A stretch of 64,000 bases of DNA from contig CAZIJQ010000002.1 of NCBI GenBank assembly GCA_964539785.1, positions 21,926 through 85,925 on the forward strand. The letters are read 5' to 3'. Each line of letters starts with the position of its first letter. The first letter of the stretch is position 1. Position numbers and translations under genes: made by a program. The stretch comes from an uncultured bacterium. GTDB taxonomy: Bacteria; Fidelibacterota; Marinisomatia; Marinisomatales; TCS56. This document shows, piece by piece, positions 19,263 through 30,400 of the stretch. The notes beneath the pieces are model-generated. The model was not told the DNA's origin and searched no databases. It saw only the letters and a program-made list of their open reading frames with translations.

Positions 19263-22200
19263 TTAAAAATCAATCCGAATTCCAAATCTAATCGCCTGGG
19301 GATTTAAAAAAGTCAAAGATGTTATATTAGGCATATCAATATAGGTCTTATCCTCAATTCGCTTATCGTTTCGGGCAGCAATCTCACTATCATTCTCAGG
19401 ATTAGGTTCCAGTGGATCGTATGTGATGTCCTCCGATCGATAATCGCCGAATCTATCATTTCCTTTATCAATCCCATCTTCCCAGGAAAAGCGCAGAGAA
19501 GCAAGGTAGTTTTCGCGATCAATATTATCAGCAAATCCTGATTCACTTAAATATTTAAAGTCGAAAAGATTTGAAATATCCAGATACAGTTGTAATGCGG
19601 TATTATTGACAGTTATTGTTTTCGAAAAGCGAAGGTCAACATTATACCAGTCAGCCCATTGCACATCATCAACAATCCCCGGTATTTTTTTCGGATTGTA
19701 GGTTTCAAATCTCCCGGTTCTCCAGTCGGCCAATATATTCACATTGAAATTCGCCAGCGGATAGAACCCCATTAATTGTGGACCAAACTGGCGGGGAGCA
19801 TGGATGTTCAGATTCATTCGAGCATAAGGCCGGGGGTGTCTTCTGGTCTGCTCCGGTTTTTTGCTCTCATATTCACGTTGAGCCATGATATCGTCGTTAT
19901 ATTCGCGCAAACCAAAATAACCTGAAGTTCGCACGTCATAGGTGTAATTAATAAATCCGCTGATCCAATCACCATATTGTTTTGATAAAGTAATTTCCAC
20001 ACCGCGGATATCTTCATAATTATTATTAGCCGCCTCTCTATAAGTGACATCTCCCCGATATAAAACCCAGCCTGGCTGCTGGGTAACATCTTTATAATAA
20101 CCGGCTATTCTGAATAAAAGGAGATTAAACAAATTGTGCTCATAACCTAATTCATAAGCAACGGTTTTCTCCATTTCCAAATTGGGATCCCCTATATATT
20201 TAACATTTCCAGCGCTTTCTCGTTGTATTCTAAAACGATACGTAGAAAATGGTTCAGACCCAAAATGGCCGTAATTGAAATACAATTTGGAATTTACCGT
20301 TATCGGATGAGAAATACCCACCCGGGGACTCAACATTAAATCGGGTTTAGAATCTTCGGATGGCGCATCCTCTTCAATTGATTCTCCTAAATCCTGGCTG
20401 AAAAAAGGATCATAAGGCACTAAATCATATTTCTCAGTGTTGGCATCGGAATAGTCCAGTCGAAGACCCAGGTTAGCGATAATTCCCTTGAATTCCAGTT
20501 TATCCTGAATATAAGTCCCAATCCGATAAGGAAAAATGCGGTAGACCAGGCTACGGTTCCAAAAATTATTCGATGGATTAACCGTGGAAGATTTTACGTT
20601 GTAATCATTATATATCAACTCAATTCCGGTTTTGATTTGATTTCGATCATTGATTTGGCTGGTGAAATCGAAACGGAAGGTAGTGGTAGAGTTTACGGTT
20701 GAATCGCGACCTAAGTTCATCCAGCCACCTAAATGAATACCTCCTGGACCTGTCGAACCGTACCCTGATCCTGAATAACCGTAGGGTGCTTCGTCAACAA
20801 AATAATCAGGGAATATTTCATTGCTTTTTGTGTATTCCCCAACATCAGGAATACCGTTTCCTTCTGTACCGGTGGGGTTATTGTTTTTATGATAATCGTC
20901 TCCTTCAGGATCCGGATTCAATACGGCATGATATCCATATTCCTGACTACTTGGGATACCATCCGACCCTATGTCCTCAAAATCACGATCAGTAGTTTGA
21001 TAGGTATTATGAAAACTTTTTTTATATTGTAATTTTATTTCATAAAAAGTGCGCGAGGATAAAGAATTAATAAACCTGAATCCATAAATTTGGCGATAGA
21101 TTGAACTGGGACTGTAGGAACCCGGCATATAAGGAACCATCAGGCCTTCCGGACTACTACTCGTTAAATCAGCGACTGCATCCTGGGATCGTAAAATATA
21201 TCCCGTTGGAGTAGTTGTCCAACTGTAAGGTGAGACCGAATGTTCTTCACCATATAACGCTGAGAAAACCACTTTCATCGAGGGATTAACATCAGCAGTC
21301 AGTTTTAATTGAGTATGGTTATCACTATAACTATCGCGCGCGAGCGGAAACACAAACATTTCCTGTTCATTAAAATGCGATAAATAAAATCTTAAATTTC
21401 CTAAGTTTTCACTTATATACGGAACAGGTCCGCCAAATCCGACATCGATAACATAATCCGGTTTTTTAATATCACCCTGACGACGGCGATACCATTCGAA
21501 TAGCCGTTTAACTTCCTCAGGTGTCAAATCATTACTTGGATCTTCATCCTGTGATATAGTCTGCTGAGAAACAGCATTCCACCCATCAAAATTTGGGTAT
21601 TGTTGCTGTGTATGCGTATCCCAGGCTCCGTTTTTAGTACCTGTCCACATCACATCGGGATCGTAATAGGGACGGTTGAAGTAAGAATACCGGTCGTAAA
21701 CTGAGAGTCCGAAATGTTTTTCCGCCGGTGGGCTATACTGAAAAGCAATTGATCCGCTATACTTGTGCGAACTTCCTTCTTTCGTGGTTACATTTACAAT
21801 TCCCGATCGAGCTTGCCCATATTCGGCAGCAAAACCTCCGGTCTGAATCTGAATTTCTTCCAACGCACTCAGGCTGACGGCAGAATAAGGATAATTAGAG
21901 CGTTCATCATTTTGGGATAAACCATCAACCATAAAAACGGTTTGATTGGCGCCACCACCACGAATGATGATCCCCTGTAGCCCCGTTTCGATACCGGCTT
22001 GAAGTGTTAATACGTCGTTTACATTTTGAACTGGCAGATTTTCTATCATTTCGGATTCGATGTTTAGCTGGCTAGCAGAAACATCGGGTACTACCAGTGG
22101 TCGCCTCGCTGTCACAACGACTTCACTCAACTCCAAAGTTTCCGGACTCATAGTCAGGTCAAGTTGTGTGGTTTGATCAATCACTACCTGTAAATCATTT

Positions 22201-22457
22201 ACAACCAAATCAGCATAACCCAACATGCTAACTCGGACTGAATAGTACCCTGGAGGAATGTTCAACATCACAAAATATCCTGACATATCTGAAGCAGCAC
22301 CGATGTAGGTTCCTTCTACCATGACATTAACTCCGATGAGACTTTCCCCGGTTTCAGCATCGGTTATAGTACCGCTTATCTTTCCTACAACTCCTCCGGA
22401 CAAAACTGCAGTAAATGCAAAAAATATTAAAAATGTCTGAAATAGATGTTTTATCAT
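19263..22457 (-). CDS. TonB-dependent outer-membrane receptor with N-terminal CarboxypepD_reg domain (module B)
   Basis: 1064 aa. GKISGTITDAETGESLIGVNVMVEG is a CarboxypepD_reg-like fold. Plug motifs are IRGGGANQTVFMVDG and IQTGGFAAEYGQARSGIVNVTTKEG. The protein has a long barrel and a terminal aromatic residue (RIDF). Confidence 0.8.
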   Translation of the reverse strand: MIKHLFQTFLIFFAFTAVLSGGVVGKISGTITDAETGESLIGVNVMVEGTYIGAASDMSGYFVMLNIPPGYYSVRVSMLGYADLVVNDLQVVIDQTTQLDLTMSPETLELSEVVVTARRPLVVPDVSASQLNIESEMIENLPVQNVNDVLTLQAGIETGLQGIIIRGGGANQTVFMVDGLSQNDERSNYPYSAVSLSALEEIQIQTGGFAAEYGQARSGIVNVTTKEGSSHKYSGSIAFQYSPPAEKHFGLSVYDRYSYFNRPYYDPDVMWTGTKNGAWDTHTQQQYPNFDGWNAVSQQTISQDEDPSNDLTPEEVKRLFEWYRRRQGDIKKPDYVIDVGFGGPVPYISENLGNLRFYLSHFNEQEMFVFPLARDSYSDNHTQLKLTADVNPSMKVVFSALYGEEHSVSPYSWTTTPTGYILRSQDAVADLTSSSPEGLMVPYMPGSYSPSSIYRQIYGFRFINSLSSRTFYEIKLQYKKSFHNTYQTTDRDFEDIGSDGIPSSQEYGYHAVLNPDPEGDDYHKNNNPTGTEGNGIPDVGEYTKSNEIFPDYFVDEAPYGYSGSGYGSTGPGGIHLGGWMNLGRDSTVNSTTTFRFDFTSQINDRNQIKTGIELIYNDYNVKSSTVNPSNNFWNRSLVYRIFPYRIGTYIQDKLEFKGIIANLGLRLDYSDANTEKYDLVPYDPFFSQDLGESIEEDAPSEDSKPDLMLSPRVGISHPITVNSKLYFNYGHFGSEPFSTYRFRIQRESAGNVKYIGDPNLEMEKTVAYELGYEHNLFNLLLFRIAGYYKDVTQQPGWVLYRGDVTYREAANNNYEDIRGVEITLSKQYGDWISGFINYTYDVRTSGYFGLREYNDDIMAQREYESKKPEQTRRHPRPYARMNLNIHAPRQFGPQLMGFYPLANFNVNILADWRTGRFETYNPKKIPGIVDDVQWADWYNVDLRFSKTITVNNTALQLYLDISNLFDFKYLSESGFADNIDRENYLASLRFSWEDGIDKGNDRFGDYRSEDITYDPLEPNPENDSEIAARNDKRIEDKTYIDMPNITSLTFLNPQAIRFGIRIDF

Positions 22458-22480
22458 TATCGGACTTTTATAAAATATTT

Positions 22481-23749
22481 CTAAAAGCTGCGTCCATAAT
22501 AAGGTGCTCCCTGTCTTACCATATCAACGCGGAATACACGTTTTTTCGATAGTTCCTCTGCTGTAGGTTCCTCAGAAGTATAAATGGAACGAGTGTTCAG
22601 ATAAAGATAACTGCCATTCCCCCAGGTAATTCTATCAGCTGGAGCTTCAAGAACTTCTGCATATTTGGGATTGATCGGTTGATCGGTATATGGTGGAGCT
22701 ATCTCGTACAGGGCATAGTCAGACGATGGACCAATATACATGTATCCATCCAGGGAGAAAGTGAAATCATTGATCGTTGGTCCTGTTGAGCCCATAATGG
22801 CTTGCCAATTGATTACTAACTCTGGTGGGGCGAGAGAATCTGCTGAGACGATCTGACTGCGCCAAATTCCTTCCTGGACAACCGTGGTATCATCACCGAT
22901 ATATTCACCAACAATATAAACATGATCATCGAACACTCTGATTACGTTTACATGCACATCCACAGGATAGATTGCAACAGATGAAAATTCTGATTCTCCG
23001 GCTACAACGTTAATACGGTATAATTCATTTTTCCTACCCCCCGTATACAAATTTCCATGTTGGTCAAAGTCTAGAGAATAGGCACGAGTATTATTTGGCA
23101 GGGTTAAAAAGTCTTCGGCCTCGCCACCTCCGGCTGGTATACTTGACAATTTCTTGTTTCTACGAGCAATATATATTTTCCCTTCCGGACCTACTCGCAT
23201 CGCATCTGCTTTTATAAACCCACCATGATCTCCGTACACAAGCGAGTCTGCTTCCCCGTTTGGAAATATTCTTAAAATCTCACGTCCACCGGATTCGGAA
23301 ATATACAAATTTTCCTCGGCGTCCATTGCCGTCCCATACAAACTCGCGAAATTATCCCCCGCCCACACGACAACTGGAGGATATAATTCATAGTTATCAA
23401 TTTCTGCAAATTCATATGCTCCTATCACAGCTACCTGAATTTTCACACTATCAGCAATAATGTTAGGGGTCTGCACGATCAGTTCCGTCTCAGTGCTAGA
23501 TAATAACGTCCCGCTATTGCCATTAAAATAGACTAGGTTATAGTCATTCCTGGTGTGAAAATTTTGTCCAGTTATAGTAACAACCCCAATACCGGCAAAG
23601 ACCCTGTCCGGTGGATCAATATTCGTGATCACAGGGTTCGGTAATACTTCCGGATTCGGATCATAAATACTGTCAGGATAGTCTGGATCCTGGCAGGCAA
23701 AACCGGCGAATAATATAAGTGTTGTGAGAGTTGTCCCAAATATCTTCAT
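22481..23749 (-). CDS. Probable lipoprotein with IPT/TIG domain and NHL-like beta-propeller
   Basis: 422 aa. The signal peptide ends in FAGFAC (a non-canonical lipobox). The IPT/TIG-like segment reads PVITNIDPPDRVFAGIGVVTITGQNF...VYFNG. The remainder is repeat-like and propeller-like. Confidence 0.5.
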   Translation of the reverse strand: MKIFGTTLTTLILFAGFACQDPDYPDSIYDPNPEVLPNPVITNIDPPDRVFAGIGVVTITGQNFHTRNDYNLVYFNGNSGTLLSSTETELIVQTPNIIADSVKIQVAVIGAYEFAEIDNYELYPPVVVWAGDNFASLYGTAMDAEENLYISESGGREILRIFPNGEADSLVYGDHGGFIKADAMRVGPEGKIYIARRNKKLSSIPAGGGEAEDFLTLPNNTRAYSLDFDQHGNLYTGGRKNELYRINVVAGESEFSSVAIYPVDVHVNVIRVFDDHVYIVGEYIGDDTTVVQEGIWRSQIVSADSLAPPELVINWQAIMGSTGPTINDFTFSLDGYMYIGPSSDYALYEIAPPYTDQPINPKYAEVLEAPADRITWGNGSYLYLNTRSIYTSEEPTAEELSKKRVFRVDMVRQGAPYYGRSF

Positions 23750-23765
23750 AATGTTTCCCTATTTA

Positions 23766-24773
23766 TTATAAGATGATTTGTATGGAAATCTTTTGCACCA
23801 CATCAAATCTGCCAAATGGAATGGCCGCATAATCAACACTCAAAATTGATTTCATCAATCCGATCCCATAAGTAATTCCCGGTTCATCGTAGTTGTATAA
23901 ATAGCCAGCGCGGAGATATAGAAGACTGATGGGATTGTATTCCATGCCAATATTTAATCTTTCCGGTGCGGAGCGCAGGTGCAATGCATCAACCGATATA
24001 ATAAATTTAGAGTCTCTATTTAACGGAGATTTCAATATACTGAGTAAAGCAAACTGAGAGACATCAATGGACATCCCCAGGGTGAATGTCAGGGGAGGTT
24101 GAAAGCCCTCAGATTGGTACTTAATCTCCCCTGAAAAATTTCTTACTGACATTCCAAATGCGAAATTTTTCCAACCAGTCTCATAAATTGTACCAAAATC
24201 ATATACTACCGTGGATAAGTAGTTCTTCACCGTAGTTAGGGTGGTATCTGTGACTGGGACAACACTTTTTCCTAAGTACTGGTAAGCAGATTTAATATGG
24301 CCACCCACCGAAAACTTGTCTGATAATGCTTTTGCATATCCAAATCCGAAACAAAGGGCAGACGGATTCATAATCTCTGTATCGATATACCCTTGATCAT
24401 TCGGCCATACCATTGTGCCTTCCACTTCTCCGTAATCAACTGATTGCAGACTGAAAGCAAACACGCCGTAATAACCATCTCTAGGAGCTAAGGAAACACT
24501 TGCAGTTACGTGGGTTATATCTGCAAACCAGGTATTTTGACTAAAGCTGGCTTCAGCCATTGCATTTGAACGAGCCATCGTTGCAGGATTAAAAAATAAT
24601 GCTGTAGATTTTCCTTTTATTGTCGTCATGGCTTCTGCCATCCCTGCCGCTCGGGCATCCGAGGTAACGCTCAAAAACTGCAATCCAGTCTGAGCCAATT
24701 TAATATCTTCAGCTCCAAGAAAATGTAGTGCGAAAATCAACGATGCTGATAAAATCCTGAATGTACTTTTCAT
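23766..24773 (-). CDS. PorV/PorQ-family-like outer-membrane beta-barrel
   Basis: 335 aa with a signal peptide. The N-terminal motif AQTGLQFLSVTSDARAAGMAEA...ALFFNPATMA resembles the PorV/PorQ family signature (FL-x-I-x3-ARAxxMGGA...NPAGLA). An alternating beta-strand pattern runs to the C-terminus. Confidence 0.45.
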   Translation of the reverse strand: MKSTFRILSASLIFALHFLGAEDIKLAQTGLQFLSVTSDARAAGMAEAMTTIKGKSTALFFNPATMARSNAMAEASFSQNTWFADITHVTASVSLAPRDGYYGVFAFSLQSVDYGEVEGTMVWPNDQGYIDTEIMNPSALCFGFGYAKALSDKFSVGGHIKSAYQYLGKSVVPVTDTTLTTVKNYLSTVVYDFGTIYETGWKNFAFGMSVRNFSGEIKYQSEGFQPPLTFTLGMSIDVSQFALLSILKSPLNRDSKFIISVDALHLRSAPERLNIGMEYNPISLLYLRAGYLYNYDEPGITYGIGLMKSILSVDYAAIPFGRFDVVQKISIQIIL

Positions 24774-24777
24774 AGGT

Positions 24778-25323
24778 CTATTCCTCGTTCAAAACGACTA
24801 TTTTGAAAGCGGCCGGATCTTCCATGGTAAATCGAACTAAATAGGAAGCGTTTCCAAATGAAAATTCATCCCGACCAAATTCATGTGGGTCGCGATTGAT
24901 GACATATTCACATTCGGCAATTAATTCCAAAGACATTATATCGGTGTTTGGCTCAATTATATTTCCGGTTACATCTACCAACATCATTTTCAGCTTCTTA
25001 TTGTAGTAGAAAATTGTAGTTATTGAAGTTGTCGATGTGAAAACGGTATATACTGTATCTTCAGGAACCGAAACCTTCCATAAGGAATCTTTATTTACGG
25101 TAAATACGGATCCCCAACTCACCAGAGAATCGATTTGTTCACTAATGGTCTCGATTGTGTCCGGAATGACTTTTGCAGTTATCGGAATAAAAAGAGAATC
25201 AACTTCAAATACGCCGCAAGCTGCTCTATCTATTGTGGTGATGTCATAGTTTTCATCTTCATAATTTTCACATCCCACCAGCAGCAGAATTGACAGGACA
25301 AAAACAGTGATTGAATGTTTCAT
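24778..25323 (-). CDS. Small lipoprotein, unknown function
   Basis: 181 aa with a canonical lipobox LLLVGC. I recognise no other motif. Confidence 0.5.
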   Translation of the reverse strand: MKHSITVFVLSILLLVGCENYEDENYDITTIDRAACGVFEVDSLFIPITAKVIPDTIETISEQIDSLVSWGSVFTVNKDSLWKVSVPEDTVYTVFTSTTSITTIFYYNKKLKMMLVDVTGNIIEPNTDIMSLELIAECEYVINRDPHEFGRDEFSFGNASYLVRFTMEDPAAFKIVVLNEE

Positions 25324-25337
25324 ATTGTATTCCTTTG

Positions 25338-27404
25338 CTACCTGATGATAATAAACTTTTTAATAGCCGTATCACCTTTATACACGCGTCGAAGTGTCAC
25401 CTCATCCTCATAATCCTGTGTGACCTCAAAATGAGCAATGTAAAGACCGCTGACAATGACCTGTTTCGATGAAGTGAGTGATCTCCATTCTTCGTCCCCA
25501 CTACCATCCGAATGATCAATTGTTTCAACAAGATCACCTCTTTCGGTATAAATGCGGATAATACAAAACGGAGGCAGATTGTAGAACATAAGACGATCCG
25601 CTCCAGCACCAGATCCGAATTGCAAAGGTTGACCCATAAAGTTTCGTGCTTTGACATTATATGGATTCGGCACAATGCGGATGCGATCTAATACTGCTTC
25701 AGGAGGCCGGCGTAAATATGCTGCTTTATTGGTTCTGGTATAGAAAAGACTGCTCTCTAATGGGACACCATTATTTGTCGATCCATTATCAATTGTGGTG
25801 ACATAATAAAAATAATCAAATCCACGGGTGGGCGTCCGGTCTTCATAGTAAGTTTCTCCTGGACCTAATTCTGCTATTAAAGTATAAGTTGTATCATACA
25901 CCATACTAGCGCGGTACAGGCGATAACCTGCAAATGTGTCCCATGATTCAGCTGAATTAGACCATTCACAAATAATTCGATCGCCACCGGAATTAACCGT
26001 GAAATTATCTGGGGGCGGGGGTTCATGCGCAATATCGAAAGAATTATTGTAGGTATCCAGGGCTCTTTGAAATGCGAGGAAAAGTGAATCTTTTCCGGAG
26101 AAGACATGGGCGTCTTTTTCAGCATTACTGATAACTCCGCTTAACCAGTCTGCTCCAATGGAAAACTGTTTATCGCGCGCGAGACCGGCGACAGCTTCAA
26201 CCGTCACGATAACAATACTATCACCCGATGCAATCGTATAAGGACCATACCCTCTGCCAATAGAATAGCCACCGCCCGTTGGTCCAAAGTCATTAGCTGC
26301 ACCTGAACCGACTTCTTCGGCATGACTCAGGGCAGGATGACCGGAGGTCATGAGAGCGTACTCGACCGACATTTTGGCGGTATTATTATGGTCATTCCCA
26401 GAATTATAAGGGCCGTCCGAATCGGGAAAAGGAGTTGAGGTTGGCTGATTAGGATCGTTGTTTTTATCCGTACCTGAAAGATCAGCATGAATTGTCATAA
26501 CACCCGTAAACTGAGACGCCCCAAGTCTTCCGTCTGCGGCGATATCTCCACCTCCTATATTAGGAGCACCAAGATTTTCTCCTGCGACTCCAGCCCAACC
26601 GGAATGGATCCCATGCCAGGCATAACTGGCACGATATGGATTATCCGCAACAGTAGGACCATAATTCCCATTTTCACCGATGACCTCATTCATGGTGTTG
26701 CGACCCCAGGTTGCGTTTTGAGGCATCCAGTTATAGCCGTAGGAACACGCTTCTTTAGTCATGGCATAGCGTTCCTGCCAGAAAAAATGGACATCTTCCA
26801 GTGTATTGGTGTGCCTGTCACCGGCAAGGTTATAAATGCCGGTATTCTTAAATGAGTATACATAGATGTAATAATTATCATGCTTCGGATGGCTGTAGAT
26901 ATAGATCTTCCTGGTCATAGTAATTCCCAGGCTGGTATTACAGACGTTCACGAGTAAGCGATCGGAAGGAATATTTTCGTTAACTTCATCGACCAAATCT
27001 TCATAGATAAGATCGGAGGCTGGACTACCATCAACAAATACCTGGGGATGTTCATAGCGCGCAATCAACTTAAATGTGGTAGGCATAAACTCTGCTAATT
27101 CATTCAAGACACGGGGACCCGCATGTACGACCCGGCTGGGGAAATTCTGTCCGGTACCGGGATCGGTGTAATTAGCTGCACCAATCCAGAGCGCTTTAGC
27201 CGCTTTTACGTCCTGCTCGCCATATTGCGCCGGCCATTGTAACCCATCCTGCTGATCGGGGATCAGGTGCCGTCTACCGACCTCAATCTCACACCCCCCG
27301 CTGGAAAACCAGTCATGCAATTGACCTACCGATACCCATTTGGTTTCATCCGCCATCAATAAACCAACTGATAATAAACCGGCAATAATAGTCTTTTTAT
27401 TCAT
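25338..27404 (-). CDS. Secreted ~700-aa partner protein A (unknown N-terminal domain, FN3, variant T9SS-like tail); paralog of 17067-19247
   Basis: 688 aa with a signal peptide. It is colinear with the 726-aa paralog (SVGQLHDWF vs RVGSLHSHF; GPYTIASGDSIVIVTVEAVAGL vs GPFDLAHGESIQIVEAEAVSGL). It has an FN3 segment and the tail RIVPNPY...IRIYTERGDL...SGLYIAHFEV...KKFIIIR. Confidence 0.6.
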   Translation of the reverse strand: MNKKTIIAGLLSVGLLMADETKWVSVGQLHDWFSSGGCEIEVGRRHLIPDQQDGLQWPAQYGEQDVKAAKALWIGAANYTDPGTGQNFPSRVVHAGPRVLNELAEFMPTTFKLIARYEHPQVFVDGSPASDLIYEDLVDEVNENIPSDRLLVNVCNTSLGITMTRKIYIYSHPKHDNYYIYVYSFKNTGIYNLAGDRHTNTLEDVHFFWQERYAMTKEACSYGYNWMPQNATWGRNTMNEVIGENGNYGPTVADNPYRASYAWHGIHSGWAGVAGENLGAPNIGGGDIAADGRLGASQFTGVMTIHADLSGTDKNNDPNQPTSTPFPDSDGPYNSGNDHNNTAKMSVEYALMTSGHPALSHAEEVGSGAANDFGPTGGGYSIGRGYGPYTIASGDSIVIVTVEAVAGLARDKQFSIGADWLSGVISNAEKDAHVFSGKDSLFLAFQRALDTYNNSFDIAHEPPPPDNFTVNSGGDRIICEWSNSAESWDTFAGYRLYRASMVYDTTYTLIAELGPGETYYEDRTPTRGFDYFYYVTTIDNGSTNNGVPLESSLFYTRTNKAAYLRRPPEAVLDRIRIVPNPYNVKARNFMGQPLQFGSGAGADRLMFYNLPPFCIIRIYTERGDLVETIDHSDGSGDEEWRSLTSSKQVIVSGLYIAHFEVTQDYEDEVTLRRVYKGDTAIKKFIIIR

Positions 27405-27431
27405 AGACCTATTCCATTCCTTTTGGATTGA

Positions 27432-30400
27432 TTAAAAATTGTAGCTGAAATTGATCCCTAAGAAAACATCTCTCGGAGTCAAAAATGTAAAGAAAGTCTG
27501 ATCCGGCATATCAATATATGCTTTGGTGTCAAGGATATCATTCATCCTACCACTTGGAACAATGCTCCAGGTCCCATCGCTATATTCATAATACTCCTGA
27601 GTAGATCGTTCATAGTAAATCTCTAATTCACTTGGTGATATGGCATTATAATGCGTTATTACTGAAACGATAGGAACAAAATCGACGCCACTTTCACGCA
27701 CATCTCCTGGTTGGTCATCACCTGGAATATTTCCATAGCCTAATTTCTCTCCAACCTTTTCCGGAAGATGCAATGATTGCATATAATAATCGTAATCATG
27801 ACCATCCGAAAAAGACTCGGTTGAGAATCTTTTAATATCCAGGGCATTAAAAATGTCCAGAAAGAATTTTACGCTGAAACTATTGAAGTTAAATACTTTC
27901 GAAACCTTTAAATCCAGGTTGATATAATCTTTCCATTGCAGATTATATTGTATCCCGCTAACCTTATTGGGATTGTAGGTGAACCACCCCCCCGATGTCC
28001 AGCGACCAATGAAATTCAGATGCCAATCCCCCAGAATATATTGATCAAGTATGCTGGGACCAAACTTGTAAGGCGTGAATAGATCCAGATAACCCTTCAT
28101 CCTTGGTCTGGGTTTGGGTTTGGACTGATATCTACTTGCCAATTCGTATGTTAATTGGTCGCCAGGATGTTCATTATACTCTGCCAGGTTGAAATACCCC
28201 GAGCTCGAGACCCGATATTCATAATTGATCATTCCACGATACCAATCACCCCGACTCTTATTCAATTCGATTTCGAAACCACGGATATCGGAATAACTGT
28301 TGCTGGTCAATTGACGGAAATTCACTTTTCCATTCATACTGATATAGCGCGTCCAATCCTGCTGACGGGAGACATCTTTATAATAGCCTGCTAAATGAAC
28401 CAGAAACTGGTCATTTATCGCTTGATCGAAGCCCAGTTCGTAGGATATGGTACGGGCTGGAATTAGACTGGGGTCTCCCAAATAGGAAATAGACCCTACA
28501 CTATTGCGTTGAACCCGGTAGAGAGCTTCTGTTGTGGGTGATTGATTGAAATGACCATAATTAAAATACAATCGTGATGTTTCTGTAATTGGATGTGAGA
28601 TCCCTAGTCTAGGGCTGATTGTAATAACCGGGTCAGCATCCACTAAGTATTCCGAATCCCATATTTCATCTTCAGGGATTGAAATGAATTCATCATCATA
28701 AGGTTCAAAATCAAACCACTTTCCATTAGGATCGGAGTAGTCAACATTCAATCCCAGGGTTGAAATCAACCCTTTAAATTCGATTTTATCTTGGATATAT
28801 ACCAACAGACTGAATGGACTACGCGTGTAGTCATTCCACAGGTTGCCCTCTGGTAATACTTTGTTGATAGACCCGAATTTCATATGCATATCATGCATAA
28901 CAAATTCAAAACCGGTGTTTAACTGATTATGTGAATTAAACTGATTGGTGTACCCCAATCTAATTGAAGTCGTCTTTACTTCTGTTGAATCGCGGGAGGT
29001 CGAAATAGGACCACCCATGGTAAGGCCCCCATCTACACTTGAAAGAAATTCCTGCTCGTATCCAAATGGAGCCTCATCTACAAAATAGCCAGGAAAGATC
29101 TCCGTCAATGTTTCTGTATCCCGAAACGGTCCAGGACCTGTTCGATATGTCTTTTTTAAATGTTTCACTTGAATTTCATAAAACGATTTTAAATTGATTA
29201 TATGCGATAATTGAACTGCTGCAGACCAGTGATGGCGATCGGTTCTGGAATAATAATCACTAGTGAAGATTCTCCAAGGAATGGTAAATCCCGTTCGGTC
29301 AATCTGTTGTGCGACCCCAGTTACGGAACTGATATAGGATACTCCACCCGACCGGGAAAGATTAGTGGCTTGCATATCCCCCCAAAAGCTCGTCATCGAC
29401 AATTTGGTTTTATTAGAAATATCCGAAGTTACTTTAAGCATACTGTTCTCTTTATATACGCCATCAGTAGAGAGAGACATCAAATACATGTTCTGATTTT
29501 TGGTATAAGAATAATAAAACCGCAGATTGCCCAGCATTTTGCCTACTAAAGGTACAGGCCCACCAAAACCCAGATCGATATTAAAATCTGGATCCCGGAT
29601 GTAACCATCCTTGCGATGATGCCACATAAACAATTGTTTGACCGCTTGAGGTGTCAAATCATTGGTGGGATCATCATCAGTCAACAACGCTTGTGAGATT
29701 CCTACCCATCCACCATCAAACCCTGAATATTTTTGTACGGTGTAGTCATCCCACCCGGCATTATTGGTACCAAACCAGGCCACGCTATCCACGGTATATG
29801 GCAGAAGCCAATAAGAATTTGGATCAAAAACAGAGGAACCGAAATGTTTGGCTGCCGGCGGACTGTATTTATATGTTATTGTTGCAGCGTATTTGTCCGG
29901 ATCGCCTTCCTTGGTCACCACATTCACAATTCCAGATCGAACATTATGATACTCTGCGCTAAAACCGCCTGTCTGGATTGATACTTCCTTTACAGCGCTG
30001 AGAGGAATTCCAGTTATGGGAGAGTTATCTCTTTCATCTCTCAGCACCATACCGTCAACCATAAGCATCGTTTCGTCCGCATCACCACCACGAATCGCCA
30101 AATCACTAGAAATACCTGCTTTCAACCCTACTATTGAACCCAGACTAGTAAAAGGTAATTCTGCGATCTCGTCACTGGAAACGCTCAATTGACTGGCTGC
30201 TACATCCATCTTGATAATTTTTGCTTCTGCTACCACTGTTACACCTTCTCCTACCAAAACTTCTTCATCCATTGCAATATCAACATTTGTCGTCAAATCA
30301 ATTTCAACTCGAACATCGGTCACTGTAGTTCTGGTATATCCGATCATTGATATAACTAATTCATATACACCCGGTGTAACATTTAGAATGAAAAATTGAC

